Origin: Vulcanimicrobiota bacterium | Lineage (GTDB): Bacteria > Vulcanimicrobiota > Vulcanimicrobiia > Vulcanimicrobiales > Vulcanimicrobiaceae | Reading direction: 5' to 3' | Assembly (NCBI GenBank): GCA_963833095.1 | Contig: CAWHWQ010000001.1 | Span: forward strand, 480,001-544,000 | DNA: 64,000 bases | Part shown: in pieces, positions 19,739-29,398 of the stretch | Position numbering within the stretch: the stretch's first letter is position 1 | How the letters are laid out: each line of letters starts with the position of its first letter | The notes under the pieces: generated by a model | Database searches by the model: none | Told to the model about the DNA's origin: nothing | What the model saw: only the letters and a program-made list of their open reading frames with translations | Position numbers and translations under genes: made by a program

Positions 19739-20091
19739 GCGTGCGTCGACGTAGGTCTGGAAAGGCGCAGGTATTGCGCCGCTTCAACCGTGAGCAAGCC
19801 CTCGCCCATCATCGTCTCGAGTTCGCCGATCAGCGGCTCGAGTACCGACCAGTCATCCACGACTTCGATGAGGATCGGAAGGTTCGGCAGCCACGAAAAA
19901 ACTTTGGCCATGTGCACTTGGCCATGCCCACCGAAGCCTTCGATCCCGCGAAAGACCGTGGCGCCCGCGACACCGCGCTTGCGCAAGAATTCGACGATCG
20001 CCGTGTAGGTGGGCTGCACGCCGCGCCGATCCGCTTCGTCGACGAAGATCCGCAGCAATTTGCCGTCCCGAAAGCCCTGGGCGCTTTGCAT
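19735..20091 (-). CDS. DUF190 (PII-like) protein, copy 2
   Basis: LLRIFVDEAD, AGATVFRGIEGFG, NLPILIEVVD; SD GGAGG. Confidence 0.92.
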   Translation of the reverse strand: MQSAQGFRDGKLLRIFVDEADRRGVQPTYTAIVEFLRKRGVAGATVFRGIEGFGGHGQVHMAKVFSWLPNLPILIEVVDDWSVLEPLIGELETMMGEGLLTVEAAQYLRLSRPTSTHA

Positions 20092-20124
20092 CGACGCGCC
20101 TCCGCGTAGCAAGTAAGAATTCCA

Positions 20125-20211
20125 AGGAGAGGGAGAGATTCGAACTCTCGGAACGCTTTCGCGTCCTGCGGTTTTCAAGACCGCTGCATTAAACCACTCT
20201 GCCACCTCTCC
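20125..20211 (-). tRNA. tRNA-Ser (anticodon UGA), CCA not encoded
   Basis: GGAGAGG acceptor stem, GCGGT-CTTGAAA-ACCGC anticodon arm, long variable arm, GTTCGAATC T loop. Confidence 0.96.
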
Positions 20212-20371
20212 GGGCGCAGACCCGTATTTTGGTGAGGACCGGCCTCCGACCTTGCGTCGCTCAGCCATGTCCTAGACAGAGGCCGCCGGATCGTCACATT
20301 TTGGGATGCCTCCGGCCCACTTCGCGGGGCTACGATGAGTGGACCACTTCGAAGGGGGAGACGATACAACA

Positions 20372-21886
20372 ATGCCAGCGAAGAAACCCAACATTCTGAT
20401 ACTCTGGGGCGACGATGTCGGCATCTGGAACATCAGCAAATTCAGCAACGGGATGATGGGGTACCGGACCCCCAACATCGACCGGGTTGCCAACGAAGGC
20501 GGCCTCTTCACCGACTACTATTCGCAGCAGAGCTGCACCGCGGGCCGCGCCTGCTTCATCACCGGTCAGAATCCGATCCGGACCGGCCTTACCAAGGTCG
20601 GCATGCCCGGCGCCACGGTTGGCCTTCATAAGGAAGACCCGACAATCGCCGAGATGCTCAAGCCCCTCGGCTACGCGACCGGTCAGTTCGGCAAGAACCA
20701 CCTCGGCGATCGCAACGAATTTTTGCCGACGGTGCACGGCTTCGATGAATTCTTCGGCAACCTGTATCACCTCAACGCCGAAGAAGAGCCCGAGCTGCCG
20801 GATTATCCCAAGGATCCTCGGTTCAAAGCCATGTTCGGGCCGCGCGGCGTGCTGCATTGCAAGGCGACTGACAAAGACGACGCAACCGTCGACCCGCGCT
20901 TCGGCAAAGTCGGCAAACAGACGATCCAAGATACCGGCCCGCTCACCAAGAAGCGCATGGAGACGATCGACGAGGAGATCACGTCCGCCGCAATGGCGTG
21001 GATGGAGAAGCAAGCCAAAGCCGATCAACCGTTCTTCCTGTGGTACAACTCGACCGCGATGCACTTCCGCACCCACGTGGCCGAAAAGAACATCGGCAAG
21101 AGCGGTCAAGATCCGTACAGCGATCGCATGGTCGTGCACGACGAACAGATCGGCATGATGCTCGATAAGCTCAAAGAGCTCGGGCTCGAGGACAATACGA
21201 TCGTCATGTACTCGACCGACAACGGTCCGGAGAACGACACCTGGCCGGACGGCGCCACGACCCCATTCCGCGGGCAAAAGGACTCCAACTGGGAAGGCGG
21301 ATGGCGCGTGCCGTGCTTCTTGCGCTGGCCGGGCGTCATCAAACCCGGATCAGTCTACAACGGCATCGTCTCGCACATCGACATGTTCCCGACGTTGCTC
21401 GCTGCTGCCGGTAATCCGGACGTCACCGAGCAATTGCTTAAGGGCACCACGGTAAATGGCCAGAAGTACAACGTCCACCTCGATGGCTACAACCAAATTC
21501 CCTACTTAAAGGGTGACGTAAAAGAAAGCCCGCGAAACGCGCTCGTGTACTTCAGTGATGACGGCGACGTTATCGCGGTGCGCGTCGGCGATTGGAAGTT
21601 CAACCTGTCGGTGCAACGGGCAAACACGATGCAGCAGTGGGCGGAGCCCTTCATCAAACTTCGCTTGCCGCATATCATGAGTATGCGCCGCGATCCGTTC
21701 GAGCGAGCCGATTTCAACTCAAACACGTACTTTGACTGGATGGTCGATCACGTGCCGCAGTTGTACATGATGCAAGCGGTGATCGCAGGTCAGATCGAGG
21801 ACTTCGTCAAGTTCCCACCGCGTCAAAAGCCGGCCTCGTTCAACCTTGATTCGGTCATGGAACAGGTCAAGACACCACACGGCTAG
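20372..21886 (+). CDS. Arylsulfatase (Cys-type, formylglycine-dependent)
   Basis: KPNILILWGDD, SCTAGRA, GKNHLG, HGFDEF, STDNG, WEGGWRVP. Confidence 0.95.
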   Translation: MPAKKPNILILWGDDVGIWNISKFSNGMMGYRTPNIDRVANEGGLFTDYYSQQSCTAGRACFITGQNPIRTGLTKVGMPGATVGLHKEDPTIAEMLKPLGYATGQFGKNHLGDRNEFLPTVHGFDEFFGNLYHLNAEEEPELPDYPKDPRFKAMFGPRGVLHCKATDKDDATVDPRFGKVGKQTIQDTGPLTKKRMETIDEEITSAAMAWMEKQAKADQPFFLWYNSTAMHFRTHVAEKNIGKSGQDPYSDRMVVHDEQIGMMLDKLKELGLEDNTIVMYSTDNGPENDTWPDGATTPFRGQKDSNWEGGWRVPCFLRWPGVIKPGSVYNGIVSHIDMFPTLLAAAGNPDVTEQLLKGTTVNGQKYNVHLDGYNQIPYLKGDVKESPRNALVYFSDDGDVIAVRVGDWKFNLSVQRANTMQQWAEPFIKLRLPHIMSMRRDPFERADFNSNTYFDWMVDHVPQLYMMQAVIAGQIEDFVKFPPRQKPASFNLDSVMEQVKTPHG

Positions 21887-21902
21887 CATCATCACTGCAC
21901 TC

Positions 21903-23111
21903 ATGCACGACGAAGTGAGTGCGTTCTACGAGATGCATCCTTACCCACCGGCGGTAGACGACTTGGTCGCCTACCGCCGGCTTTGGGACGACGCGCGCCG
22001 GCGCGCCGACGCGCATCTCTTCTGGCCGAACGATGCGTATCGCGACGACCGGAGCATCCTCGTCGCCGGGTGCGGCACCTCACAAGCCGCGCATTATGCG
22101 GTGCGCTGGCCGAACGCGCGCGTCGTTGGTATTGACGTCAGCGCGAACAGCATCGCCTTCACGCAAGAACTTAAGCGAACGCACACGCTGCAAAATCTCG
22201 AGGTCTACCAACTGCCGGTCGAGCGTGCAGCCGAACTCGGGCAAACCTTCGATCACGTCGTCTGCACGGGGGTGCTGCATCACCTTGCCGACCCCGACGC
22301 GGGTTTGCGAGCCTTGCACGACGCTCTGGCACCAAACGGTGCGCTGCACGTGATGGTGTATGCGCCGTACGGCCGCGCCGGCGTGTACATGCTCCAAGAC
22401 TATTGCCGGCGCTTGGGCATCGCCACAACCAACGACGCTATCCACGACCTCGCCGCAACGCTGCGCGCCCTTCCGCCCGATCATCCGCTCGTGCCGTTGC
22501 TGCGCAACTCACCCGATTTTGCGGATACTGCCGCGATGGCGGATGCGCTGTTGCATCCGCGCGATCGCGCCTACTCGGTTCCGCAACTCTACGAATTTCT
22601 CGCTCACGCGGATCTGGAGTTTGGGCGCTGGATTCGCCAAGCGCCATATCTGCCTCAGTGCGGGGCCATCGCCGCAACGCCACACGCGGCGAAGATCGCG
22701 TCGCTAGCGCCGCGCGAGCAACACGCGGCGATCGAACTCTTCCGCGGCACGATGGTGCGCCATAGCGCCGTCGCGTACCGCAGCGATCGACCGCCGCACG
22801 CGCACGGCGACTTTGACGGCGTCGACTGGCCGAACTACGTGCCCATCCGGCTGCCCGAAACGATCGCGGTACGTGAGCGCGTCCCGGCCGGTGCAAGCGC
22901 TGTGTTGATCAATCGCAATCATCGCTACACCGATCTCTACCTCCCTATCGACGCGACGCAAGGGGCGTGGCTCGACGGCATCAACGATCAGCGCACCATC
23001 GCCCAGATCGTCGGCGAGAACGGCGACCGCAACCGTGCGCGCGCGTTCTTTGCGCAGCTCTGGGAGTGGGACCAGGTTGTGTTTGATACCTCCGGGAAGC
23101 CCCCGCCATGA
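21903..23111 (+). CDS. Class I SAM-dependent methyltransferase
   Basis: FYEMHPYP, ILVAGCGT, FDHVVCTGVLHHL, DALLHPRD. Confidence 0.9.
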   Translation: MHDEVSAFYEMHPYPPAVDDLVAYRRLWDDARRRADAHLFWPNDAYRDDRSILVAGCGTSQAAHYAVRWPNARVVGIDVSANSIAFTQELKRTHTLQNLEVYQLPVERAAELGQTFDHVVCTGVLHHLADPDAGLRALHDALAPNGALHVMVYAPYGRAGVYMLQDYCRRLGIATTNDAIHDLAATLRALPPDHPLVPLLRNSPDFADTAAMADALLHPRDRAYSVPQLYEFLAHADLEFGRWIRQAPYLPQCGAIAATPHAAKIASLAPREQHAAIELFRGTMVRHSAVAYRSDRPPHAHGDFDGVDWPNYVPIRLPETIAVRERVPAGASAVLINRNHRYTDLYLPIDATQGAWLDGINDQRTIAQIVGENGDRNRARAFFAQLWEWDQVVFDTSGKPPP

Positions 23112-23881
23112 GCGCCACAAAAACCCCAGCCGCCGGCGTCCGCGACCGCGTCACGGCCCAAGAGTGGGAACAACGGGTCGACCTTGCCGCAGCCTATCGG
23201 CTGGTCGCGCATTTCCATTGGGATGACTTGATCTTCACCCATCTCTCAGCCCGCGTACCCGGGCCCGAGCATCACTTTCTCATCAATCCCTACGGCATGA
23301 TGTTCGATGAGATCACCGCCTCGAGTCTGGTCAAGGTCGACCTTGGCGGCAACAAAGTGATGGAATCACCGTACGAGATCAATCCCGCCGGTTTTACCAT
23401 TCACAGCGCGATTCACGAAGCCCGCGACGACGCCAAGGCCATCTTTCACGTACACAGTTTGAACGGTATCGCGGTCTCCGCGCAGGAGCACGGCGTGCTG
23501 CCGATTTCGCAGCAGTCGACCTTTGTGCTCTCGTCGCTTGCCTATCACGACTACGAGGGCGTCGCGTTACGCGATGATGAGAAGCCGCGGCTAGTAGCCG
23601 ACCTCGGCGGCAAAGGCTTTCTGATGCTGCGTAACCACGGGCTCCTCACCGTGGCCGAAAATATCGCTGAAGCGTTTCTCGCGCTCTACATCTTCGAAAG
23701 CACCTGCGCGATTCAAGTGCGCGCGCAAGGCATGGGCGACAATCTCATTCGCGTTGACCCGCGGATCGTCGCCGGCGCGCAAGCCAATTCCAAGGCGGTC
23801 ACCCGCGGCGCCGGCGGCACACTCGCCTGGCCCGGCCTCATTCGTAAACTCGACCGGATCGATCCCAGCTACGCACAATAA
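23108..23881 (+). CDS. Class II aldolase/adducin family protein
   Basis: RVDLAAAYRL, FTHLSARVP, AGFTIHSAIH, HVHS, LRNHG. Confidence 0.93.
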   Translation: MSATKTPAAGVRDRVTAQEWEQRVDLAAAYRLVAHFHWDDLIFTHLSARVPGPEHHFLINPYGMMFDEITASSLVKVDLGGNKVMESPYEINPAGFTIHSAIHEARDDAKAIFHVHSLNGIAVSAQEHGVLPISQQSTFVLSSLAYHDYEGVALRDDEKPRLVADLGGKGFLMLRNHGLLTVAENIAEAFLALYIFESTCAIQVRAQGMGDNLIRVDPRIVAGAQANSKAVTRGAGGTLAWPGLIRKLDRIDPSYAQ

Positions 23882-23897
23882 AACATAAGGAGGTCAC

Positions 23898-24572
23898 ATG
23901 AACTACGACCGTCGCGCGTTTCTTCTTCAAGCGAGCGCAGGTCTTGCAGTTGCATCAACAGCTTCCGCTTCGGCCGCCCCGGTATCGGGGGCCCCACTCG
24001 ACGCAAACGGCGCCCTCGCCGCGCTTATGGCCGGCAACGCGCGCTTCGTAGCCGATAAGGCGGCGTGTCCACCGCTCACGGCGCGGCGCATCGAGCTCGC
24101 CGAAGGACAAAGCCCCTTCGCTATTATCGTGAGTTGTTCTGACTCGCGCGTTCCCGTCGAAACCGTTTTCGATCAGATTCCGGGCAATATTTTCGGCATC
24201 CGCATCGCCGGAAATTTCATGGATCGCGGCGGGGTCGGTTCGATCGAATACGCGGTCGCCGTTTTGAAATCACCGCTGATTCTCGTTCTCGGCCATAGTG
24301 AGTGCGGTGCGGTCAAAGCGGCACTCGCGTACGCCAAGGATTCGTCAGCGACGCAGCCGGGTGATATTCAATATCTCGTCGAGAGCATTGCGCCCGGCAT
24401 CAAAGGCGCAACCGGCTCGCTGCATGCGGCAATCGCCGCAAATGTGCGCGTCGAAATGCATCGCGTGCAAGCGATGTCAACGATCGTTAGCGACGCAGTA
24501 ACCGCTGGCAAAGCGAAAATCGCCGGCGGCGTCTACGATCTCCACTCGGGTCACGTAACGCTACTTTCCTAA
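23898..24572 (+). CDS. Beta-class carbonic anhydrase with Tat signal
   Basis: DRRAFL Tat motif, CSDSRV, GHSECGA. Confidence 0.95.
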   Translation: MNYDRRAFLLQASAGLAVASTASASAAPVSGAPLDANGALAALMAGNARFVADKAACPPLTARRIELAEGQSPFAIIVSCSDSRVPVETVFDQIPGNIFGIRIAGNFMDRGGVGSIEYAVAVLKSPLILVLGHSECGAVKAALAYAKDSSATQPGDIQYLVESIAPGIKGATGSLHAAIAANVRVEMHRVQAMSTIVSDAVTAGKAKIAGGVYDLHSGHVTLLS

Positions 24573-24606
24573 AGCCTTCCCTACTTTACTGATCGGAGCA
24601 AGAGTA

Positions 24607-26445
24607 ATGGCAATTCGCGCATCCTTCGGATTGGCTGCCGCTGCGTTCTTCATGCTTTCCGCCTGCGGCGGAGGCGGCAACACCTCCAATTCGATCCCCA
24701 CGGCCGGCATGACGCAAGGTAATCTGGCCAACTCGGCGCCTGCCGCAACGCAGTCGTACGCCTATCCCGACAGCGCTCCGGCGGGCGTGCGTATCTACGT
24801 CCACCTCCCGTTGCGTAACAGCGCCCAGCTGGATCAACTTATCTCGCAACAGAGCACCAAGGATTCCTCGCTCTATCATCAGTGGCTAACGCCTGCGCAA
24901 TTTCGCGCGGAGTACGGACCAACGGCGAGCAGTCTTGCGACTGCGGCCGCAGCGCTGAGCGCGCAAGGGTTCAAAACGGCGATCACCTCGCAAGGCATCG
25001 TGGCCGACGCACCGCAAGCGACCGTGGAGCGGCTGTTCAACGTCCGCCTTTCAAACCGGTCGGCCGCCCTTTCTCGCGGTACCGCGGTAACGCTGCTCCA
25101 AGCCGATAAGGCGCCGACGGTTCCCGCGGCGCTTGCCAGCGTTGGCGCGCAAGTCGCTGCGTTCGCGCCGCTTCCGGCGATGCGGCCCAGCTTCGCGAAG
25201 GTCAGCACCGCGTCGTTTGCGGACAATCGCTACAGCAATGCCGGACCGTATTGGTTCGACGACCTCAAACAGGCGTATCAGTATCCGTCGTATGCAACCG
25301 CCACCGGCCGCGGACGTACGATCGGCATCGTTGCCGCGTGCGATTACCTCGACAGTGACGTGTCGCTCTACTTTGGTCATGAGAACCTCACCCCGCCCAC
25401 GGTCGCACGGCGCGCGGTGGACGGCGGAAGCCCGCCGTTCGACATCAATAACGGTGATTGCGACGAGGTTTCCCTTGACGTGCAGCAGTCCGGCGGCTCC
25501 GCGCCCGGCGCAACCATTCTAGTCTACGAGGCGCCGGATGCTTCGATCGTGCCGTCGTTCCTGGATATGTACACGGCGATCGTCGAAGACAACAAAGCCG
25601 ACGTGGTTAGCACGTCGTTCGGCCTCTGCGAACTCTACTTCACGGCGGCATATAACGGCGGCGAGGACTTCACGTACTTGTTCAATACGTTCCACGACCT
25701 CTATCGGCAAGGTAATGCGCAGGGCATCACGTTCGTGCAATCCTCCGGTGACAACGGGGCGCTGAACTGCACCGACGTAACCGGCGCGGTCGCAACCCTC
25801 GGCGTCAATTGGGCGTCCGATGACACCGACGTCACCGGCGTCGGCGGCACCAACCTCGTTACGAGCTTTAACAGCGGCTCGTTGCGCTCGGCGTATGTCT
25901 CCGAAAACGCCTACGACGACATCTTCTCCCCAAGCTCCGGTGAACCGGCCGGCGCGGTGTGGGGATCGGGCGGCGGTAAGAGCCTCTACTTCCAAAAGCC
26001 GATCTATCAATATCTTGTCAATACCGGTGCATCGACGCGAACGGTTCCCGACGTTGCGATGCACATGGGCGGCTGCCCATACGGCGCGGTAACACCGTGC
26101 GGAGCGGATCGCAGTTCGGACGTCACGGCCCTCGGGGGCGGCTTCTATCTGCTGATCGGAACGAGCGCTTCGTCACCGGAGTTTGCCGGTCTGCAAGCCG
26201 TGCAAGACCAACTCCTCGGTAGCCGCACCGGAAACGTCAACTATCTACTCTACGCGCTCGCGGCGCTGGGCTCGGTCGGGAACGGGCCGATCTTCCACAA
26301 CAATATCCCGGGTAACAACGGATATTATCCATCGCATCCTGGATATAACGAGGTTGTCGGCAACGGAACGCCGCGCGGTGCTCAATACGCGCTCGATCCG
26401 TTCGGGCCGCAAGCGGGCAACCCACAAACACCAAGTAACCCCTAA
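24607..26445 (+). CDS. Sedolisin/kumamolisin-like S53 peptidase, lipoprotein
   Basis: Lipobox LSAC, prodomain (YHQWLTPAQF), EVSLD, SSGDNG, RTVPDVA, GTSASSP. Confidence 0.93.
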   Translation: MAIRASFGLAAAAFFMLSACGGGGNTSNSIPTAGMTQGNLANSAPAATQSYAYPDSAPAGVRIYVHLPLRNSAQLDQLISQQSTKDSSLYHQWLTPAQFRAEYGPTASSLATAAAALSAQGFKTAITSQGIVADAPQATVERLFNVRLSNRSAALSRGTAVTLLQADKAPTVPAALASVGAQVAAFAPLPAMRPSFAKVSTASFADNRYSNAGPYWFDDLKQAYQYPSYATATGRGRTIGIVAACDYLDSDVSLYFGHENLTPPTVARRAVDGGSPPFDINNGDCDEVSLDVQQSGGSAPGATILVYEAPDASIVPSFLDMYTAIVEDNKADVVSTSFGLCELYFTAAYNGGEDFTYLFNTFHDLYRQGNAQGITFVQSSGDNGALNCTDVTGAVATLGVNWASDDTDVTGVGGTNLVTSFNSGSLRSAYVSENAYDDIFSPSSGEPAGAVWGSGGGKSLYFQKPIYQYLVNTGASTRTVPDVAMHMGGCPYGAVTPCGADRSSDVTALGGGFYLLIGTSASSPEFAGLQAVQDQLLGSRTGNVNYLLYALAALGSVGNGPIFHNNIPGNNGYYPSHPGYNEVVGNGTPRGAQYALDPFGPQAGNPQTPSNP

Positions 26446-26454
26446 GGGATCGTA

Positions 26455-26487
26455 AGCGGGCGCCGTCCTCGACGGCGCCCGCTCTCT
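26455..26487 (+). terminator. Hairpin, probable terminator
   Basis: 13-bp perfect stem AGCGGGCGCCGTC/GACGGCGCCCGCT just after the stop; weak U tract. Confidence 0.6.
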
Positions 26488-26541
26488 GCGCCGTCCTGGA
26501 TTCGCGCTGTCGCATTTCTGGGCATCTGCTACCATTCGCGC

Positions 26542-27753
26542 ATGAAGCCCGATCCCGTCGCTGCGCAGGCGTACCTCTACGGCTTTCCGCTGCTGCTCAT
26601 GGATGCAGCAGCTCGGCGAGGGACCGGGAGTGCGGGGGCGGTCCTCAATCGCTTTACGCATTGCTTCGATCTTGCGGAAACCTCACTAGGCGGCGTTGTG
26701 CTCCCGAGCAGAGATCTCGCGTCTTCCGTCGCCTGGCTGGACTTACGCCGAGCACCGGTGATACTCACGTCGCTTCCCACCAACAGTTACTACGTGATGT
26801 CGTTGATCGATGCGTGGAGCAACGTCTTCGCGACACTCGGTACGCGCGCGGCGGGGAACGCCGAAAATCGGTTCGCCATCGTCGGCCCAAATTGGACCGG
26901 TTCTATCCCGTCAAACTGTACGCGCGTCTGCGCTCCGACGAACCTTGCGTGTATCGTCGTGCAAACGTCCGTGGAAGAGCTCTTGCAAACCCTTGCGCTC
27001 GCCTCACTTGACGAACGCTACCGTCTCGAACCATCCGGGAGCGAATCGCCGGGGCTCGAGCCCGCGTCGGTGCTGAGCGACGTCGACGCGCTTAGCGCAG
27101 AGGAGGCGTTCACCCGCATCCGCGAGCTGATGATCGACAATCCAGCCGCCCGCTCCGACGCATCAGCCATCGACGCATTGGACGCGTTGCGCGGCCACGA
27201 AGCGAGCGCAGCGTCGGCGAATGCCGCTGCGCAAGCGCGCAGGCAAATCGATGAGATCCCCGACACCGAGCAGGGCGGATGGGCGCTTGACACAGGCACC
27301 GGCCGCTACGGAACCGATTATTTGCGGCGCGCGCGCGGCGCGCGACATAACTTTCTTGCAAGCACGGCGCATGATGTTCTCTGCGTCCAGGCGCGCTCTG
27401 ATACGCATAACCTCCGCCTGACGGGAACCAAAGACTACGTGCTGCACTTCGATCCTTGGGACGAACCGCCGGCACGAGCCTTCTGGTCGCTATGCGCATT
27501 CGATAACGAGCGCCGTTTTACGACGAATGCCGCGGTGCCAACGACGATCGACAGCCGCGAGCCGCTCGCTCGCCGATCGAATCGTTCGCTCGATCTCTAT
27601 CTCGCGCACGATCAACCGATCGACGATCGCGTGCAGAATTGGCTGGCCTGCCCGCAGTCCGAGTTCACGCTTGCGCTCCGTCTTTACTGGCCTCGGCAGG
27701 CAGCTTTGAGCGGAGTCTGGATGCCGCCGAACATTGCCGCGCTATCGCGCTAA
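26542..27753 (+). CDS. DUF1254/DUF1214 domain protein
   Basis: AYLYGFPL, AWLDL, IVGPNWTG, GRYGTDYLRRA, PPARAFWSL, LRLYWP. Confidence 0.88.
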   Translation: MKPDPVAAQAYLYGFPLLLMDAAARRGTGSAGAVLNRFTHCFDLAETSLGGVVLPSRDLASSVAWLDLRRAPVILTSLPTNSYYVMSLIDAWSNVFATLGTRAAGNAENRFAIVGPNWTGSIPSNCTRVCAPTNLACIVVQTSVEELLQTLALASLDERYRLEPSGSESPGLEPASVLSDVDALSAEEAFTRIRELMIDNPAARSDASAIDALDALRGHEASAASANAAAQARRQIDEIPDTEQGGWALDTGTGRYGTDYLRRARGARHNFLASTAHDVLCVQARSDTHNLRLTGTKDYVLHFDPWDEPPARAFWSLCAFDNERRFTTNAAVPTTIDSREPLARRSNRSLDLYLAHDQPIDDRVQNWLACPQSEFTLALRLYWPRQAALSGVWMPPNIAALSR

Positions 27754-28491
27754 GAATTTCATGAACGCGGCGCGCGCTTCGTCGGATTGCAGTGCCGTCG
27801 CGAAGGTGGTAAGCTCCTCGTCCATCGCGCGGTCGACGAGATCGGCAAATCGCGCCTTGAGCAGTCGTTTGGTATTCGCAAGCGCCTTGGGCGGCAGTTC
27901 GGCTAGCGCCCCGCACATCATCGCGACCGCGCCGTCGACATCGACGTCGTCCGTCACCCGGTTCACGAGACCCATCTCCCTGGCTTCGTCGGCGCCGAAT
28001 TGCTCGCCGGAGAGCATCAACCACGATGCCCGCGTGCGTCCCGCAATCAACGGAAAGAGCACGCTCGAGGCAGCTTCGGGAACCAGGCCGAGTCGCACGA
28101 ACGGCAAGGCGAAGCGCGCCGATCGCCCGGCGACGACCGCATCGCAGTGCATGAGCAGTGTGGTGCCGATCCCGATCGCCACGCCTTTGACGCCTGCAAG
28201 CAGTGGTTTTGGAAACGCCACAAGCGCGCGCAGGAGCTTGATGACCGGTAAGTCGCCGTCGGTCGCGGCACCGCCCGCCGCAAGAAAATCACCGAGATCG
28301 TTTCCCGCGGTAAACACGTCGCCTCCGAAGAGGCCGACGGCGCGCACCGCATCGTCGCTGGCCGCATCGTCAAGCGCGTCGACGAGCGCCTGATACATCG
28401 CGACCGTGATCGCATTTTTTTTCTCAGGCCGATTAAACCGTATCGACGCTACGGCGCCGTCTTTGCTGTAGATAATCTGTTCGCTCATCAT
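27742..28491 (-). CDS. Enoyl-CoA hydratase/isomerase
   Basis: FNRPEKKNA, FTAGNDL, AIGIG, LGLVPEAASS. Confidence 0.93.
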   Translation of the reverse strand: MMSEQIIYSKDGAVASIRFNRPEKKNAITVAMYQALVDALDDAASDDAVRAVGLFGGDVFTAGNDLGDFLAAGGAATDGDLPVIKLLRALVAFPKPLLAGVKGVAIGIGTTLLMHCDAVVAGRSARFALPFVRLGLVPEAASSVLFPLIAGRTRASWLMLSGEQFGADEAREMGLVNRVTDDVDVDGAVAMMCGALAELPPKALANTKRLLKARFADLVDRAMDEELTTFATALQSDEARAAFMKFLAR

Positions 28492-28492
28492 C

Positions 28493-29371
28493 TCATACCG
28501 GGAGTGGCAGCAGTTTGGTCTTCGAGCGCGCAATCGCAGCGTCCGGAACGAAAAAGTCCGGCATCAGCGGCGAATGCGGATCGTAGGCATAGGACGTGAA
28601 ATCGGTGACGCCGTCGGCAACCAGTACCTCTTCGTCGATAAAGAAGTTTCCGGTGCATTCTCGGGATGGCCGGTGCAAAATGGCAATCGCCGCGTCGCCC
28701 ATGATCTCGGGCTTACGCGACACCCGCGCCATCGAATCACCGCCCAGCAGATTGCGCACCGCCGCGGTGTCGATCGTCGTGAGCGGCCAGAGCGAGTTCA
28801 CGGCGATGCCTTGCTCGGCAAGCTCCGCCGACATGCCCAGCGTGCACATCGACATCCCGAATTTCGCCATCGTGTAGGCGACGTGATTTTTGAACCAGCG
28901 CGCTTGCATATCCAGCGGCGGGGCCAGGTTGAGGATATGCGGGTTCTCGGCTTTGGCTAAGTGTGGAATCGTCGTTTTCGCGCACACAAACGTCCCGCGC
29001 GCATTGATCTGGTTCATTAAATCGTACCGCTTCATGTCCGTGTGCGTGGTTAGCGTGAGCGAAATGGCGCTTGCATTGTTGATGCAGACGTCGATCCCGC
29101 CGAACTGCGCGACCGTTTTTGCCACCGCCTCCTGCACTTGCTCTTCGAAGCGGATGTCGCATTGCAGCGGCAACGCGGCCCCGCCCGCAGCCTCGATCTC
29201 TTGCGCGGCGGTATAAATGGTTCCCGGCAGCTTGGGATTGGGCTCAACGGTCTTCGCCGCGATCGCGACGTTTGCGCCCTCGCGCGCAGCACGCAGCGCA
29301 ATCGCTAAGCCGATCCCGCGGCTCGCTCCGGTAATGAATAGGGTTTTCCCTTTGAGCGAAAAGGTCTTCAT
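28493..29371 (-). CDS. SDR oxidoreductase (HSDL2-like)
   Basis: TGASRGIG, NNASAI, YTMAK, NSLWP. Confidence 0.93.
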   Translation of the reverse strand: MKTFSLKGKTLFITGASRGIGLAIALRAAREGANVAIAAKTVEPNPKLPGTIYTAAQEIEAAGGAALPLQCDIRFEEQVQEAVAKTVAQFGGIDVCINNASAISLTLTTHTDMKRYDLMNQINARGTFVCAKTTIPHLAKAENPHILNLAPPLDMQARWFKNHVAYTMAKFGMSMCTLGMSAELAEQGIAVNSLWPLTTIDTAAVRNLLGGDSMARVSRKPEIMGDAAIAILHRPSRECTGNFFIDEEVLVADGVTDFTSYAYDPHSPLMPDFFVPDAAIARSKTKLLPLPV

Positions 29372-29398
29372 CAAAACTCCGCAAAGGCTGCATGCAAC

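Noticed and set aside
11449..27753. Integrative island at tRNA-Ser
   Set aside because: No integrase and no duplicate of the tRNA 3' end was found by eye.
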